A stretch of 64,000 nucleotides of DNA, from contig CAWGMQ010000004.1 in the NCBI GenBank assembly GCA_963823665.1, positions 448,001 through 512,000 on the forward strand. The letters run 5' to 3'. The notes beneath the pieces were generated by a model. The model saw only the letters and a program-made list of their open reading frames with translations, was not told the origin of the DNA and ran no database searches. Position numbers and translations under genes: made by a program. Below are positions 62,162-64,000 of this stretch, one piece after another; the first letter of the stretch is position 1; every line of letters starts with the position of its first letter. The stretch comes from an uncultured Planctomycetota bacterium (lineage in GTDB: Bacteria; Planctomycetota; Planctomycetia; Isosphaerales; Isosphaeraceae).

Positions 62162-64000
62162 TTGAGTTGTTTCCCTTCCAAATCGCCGCCTCGACCGAGA
62201 TCGCTGACCGCTTTGCAGCTTACGCCGTCGATCCGTTGATGACCACCAAAACCCGGCCCGTGCCCTTCTATCAAAACCTCAATTCCATTACCGGCAGCGG
62301 CAAGACATTGATCCTTGCCGATGCCGTGTCGCAAATCCGCAGCCACTTGGCTGCCGAGCCGATCGTACTATGGCTGTCCAAGGGCAAGGTCGTCGTCTGG
62401 CAGACATTCGCCAACCTGGCAGCCGGCAAGTATGCCGAGCTAGTCGCCGGTTTCACCGTCAAGCCGCTAATGGACTGCCGCCTGGCCGACATCGAGCGCA
62501 CCGATTCCGGCCTGATACTGGTCGCCACGGTTGGCAAATTCAACCAGGCAGACAAGGAGAGAGGCGACCGCAAAATCTACCAGCTTGCCTTGGACGACGC
62601 TTCGCAATCCCTATGGGACATGCTGAAACAGCGCCGCGACGACAAAGGTCGGCGCAGGCCATTCATCGTCGTGTATGATGAAGGGCACAACCTCACCGAT
62701 CAACAGACCCATTTGTTGCTCGACCTCGAACCCGACGCGCTGATCGCGGCGAGCGCGACCATGCGGATTCCGCCTGAGCTGTCGCAGCGGATGACCCGCC
62801 TGCGCCAGGACAAGGGATGGACCGACGCCGATTTCGTCACCGTCGTAAAGAGCGGTGACGTGGTCAAATCCGGCCTTGTCAAGCAACAGATGCTTCTCGG
62901 CGGCTATGTCACGCCGATGGAAGTCGCGATCGACGACATGATCGAGAGTATGAAGGGCGTTGAAGCGGCCGCGCTCAGCTTAAGCCTGCCTTTCAAGCCG
63001 AAGGCAATCTATGTTAGCAATACCAATGCCGTCTATGGCAAGGGCGTCGATAACATCCACACCACGTTCGAGAACCGCGAGGCGCGGCCGATCCTGATTT
63101 GGCGCCACCTGGTCGAGCATCATGACATCGACCCGGCCACCATCGCGGTTTATTGCAATCTTAAATTTGATCCGAGATTTCCACCTCCTCCCCGTTTCAA
63201 CCTTTTCGCGGGCGGCGACAACGATTATGAGAGCTTCATTGCCGGTACTTTTCAGCACATCATTTTCAACCTCACCCTTCAAGAGGGCTGGGACGATCCG
63301 GCTTGCTATTTTGCCTATATCGACAAGGACATGGGTTCAAAAGACCAAGTGACTCAGATCGTCGGCCGAGTCCTGCGCCAGCCCCAGGCCCAGCACTATC
63401 CCGCCCCGAGCCTGAATACCGCGCACTTCTTTATCCGCGCCGACGAACGCACCGTTTTCGACCAGGTATTGCGCGAGGTACAAGCCAAGCTAGCTGCCGA
63501 GGCGCCCGAGATCAGCCTTACGGTTTTCGCCGGCAACAAGGGCGCCGCCGCGAAAACGATCATGCCAGCCCGCAAGGTGAAACAACTGCCGGATGTATCG
63601 ATCAACGCTGAGCGGGCCATGGACCCGATCCGCCGCGTCGTCGCCGGCATTCAGGACTACCGCGAGGGCGGTGTGAACACGGTCGGCAAGGGCGGCCGTA
63701 TCCAGGTGTTGCAGGCCGTGGGGCAGCATGGCAACGAGATCGAGGAATGGGTTGACATCGAGCATAGCAATCGCGTGACAGCCCGGTGGATCTTCGCCCG
63801 CGAGGTCCAAAAAACCTATGCCAAAGCCATTAACCTTTGTGACATCGAAGACCCAAAACTCGACGCGCTGGTTGAATACAACAGTCCGGCCGCCGAACAC
63901 TTGCGGGAAGCCGCCCGCAAGATGGTCGCAGCCTATATCGACCATTCCACGGTCGTAAACAGCTTCGCCGAGCCCTTGCTTGTCCCTGGCGTTGCCGTCG
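62158..64000 (+). CDS. res: Type III restriction helicase/endonuclease (Res), 3' end outside window
   Basis: Absent from the ORF track because there is no stop in the window. ATGA-coupled to mod: MIELFPFQ...SITGSGKT...VYDEGH...SAT...LQEGWD...QIVGRVLRQP. Confidence 0.88.
   Translation, partial: MIELFPFQIAASTEIADRFAAYAVDPLMTTKTRPVPFYQNLNSITGSGKTLILADAVSQIRSHLAAEPIVLWLSKGKVVVWQTFANLAAGKYAELVAGFTVKPLMDCRLADIERTDSGLILVATVGKFNQADKERGDRKIYQLALDDASQSLWDMLKQRRDDKGRRRPFIVVYDEGHNLTDQQTHLLLDLEPDALIAASATMRIPPELSQRMTRLRQDKGWTDADFVTVVKSGDVVKSGLVKQQMLLGGYVTPMEVAIDDMIESMKGVEAAALSLSLPFKPKAIYVSNTNAVYGKGVDNIHTTFENREARPILIWRHLVEHHDIDPATIAVYCNLKFDPRFPPPPRFNLFAGGDNDYESFIAGTFQHIIFNLTLQEGWDDPACYFAYIDKDMGSKDQVTQIVGRVLRQPQAQHYPAPSLNTAHFFIRADERTVFDQVLREVQAKLAAEAPEISLTVFAGNKGAAAKTIMPARKVKQLPDVSINAERAMDPIRRVVAGIQDYREGGVNTVGKGGRIQVLQAVGQHGNEIEEWVDIEHSNRVTARWIFAREVQKTYAKAINLCDIEDPKLDALVEYNSPAAEHLREAARKMVAAYIDHSTVVNSFAEPLLVPGVAV

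Overview
GC-rich 64-kb window that looks like a planctomycete, probably Isosphaeraceae-like. This is inferred from an LEGRRLL-type N-terminal motif, a planctomycete-type ECF sigma factor, several eukaryote-like Ser/Thr kinases and a GGCTCGGCGGGAGCCTCGC repeat. 1-22.4 kb: secreted/surface proteins, namely a giant frameshifted adhesin, a PKD-like repeat protein carrying an alpha/beta-hydrolase, a lipoprotein and three tandem paralogues. 22.4-64 kb: a mosaic of mobile DNA. Two related kinase cassettes (small leaderless ORF, divergent zf-HC2 Ser/Thr kinase with different C-terminal sensors, arm-type repeats, 5'-truncated tRNA-Leu(CAA)) flank a cargo of SulP, a DabA remnant, an RHH regulator, two HTH-PTS IIA proteins and a hydrogenase-4-related (Ehr-type) operon. 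In that operon the large subunit lacks the NiFe cysteines, and all four Fe-S cysteines of the NuoB-like domain are replaced by D/S/N/D; this is the top finding. Downstream are an intact ISAs1 with a 10-bp TSD, then a nested structure in which a helicase gene is cut by an RIT element that itself holds a 38-bp-IR Tn3-like element carrying ECF + kinase-WD40, and finally a type III R-M mod-res pair running off the window. All calls are by eye; no searches were run.
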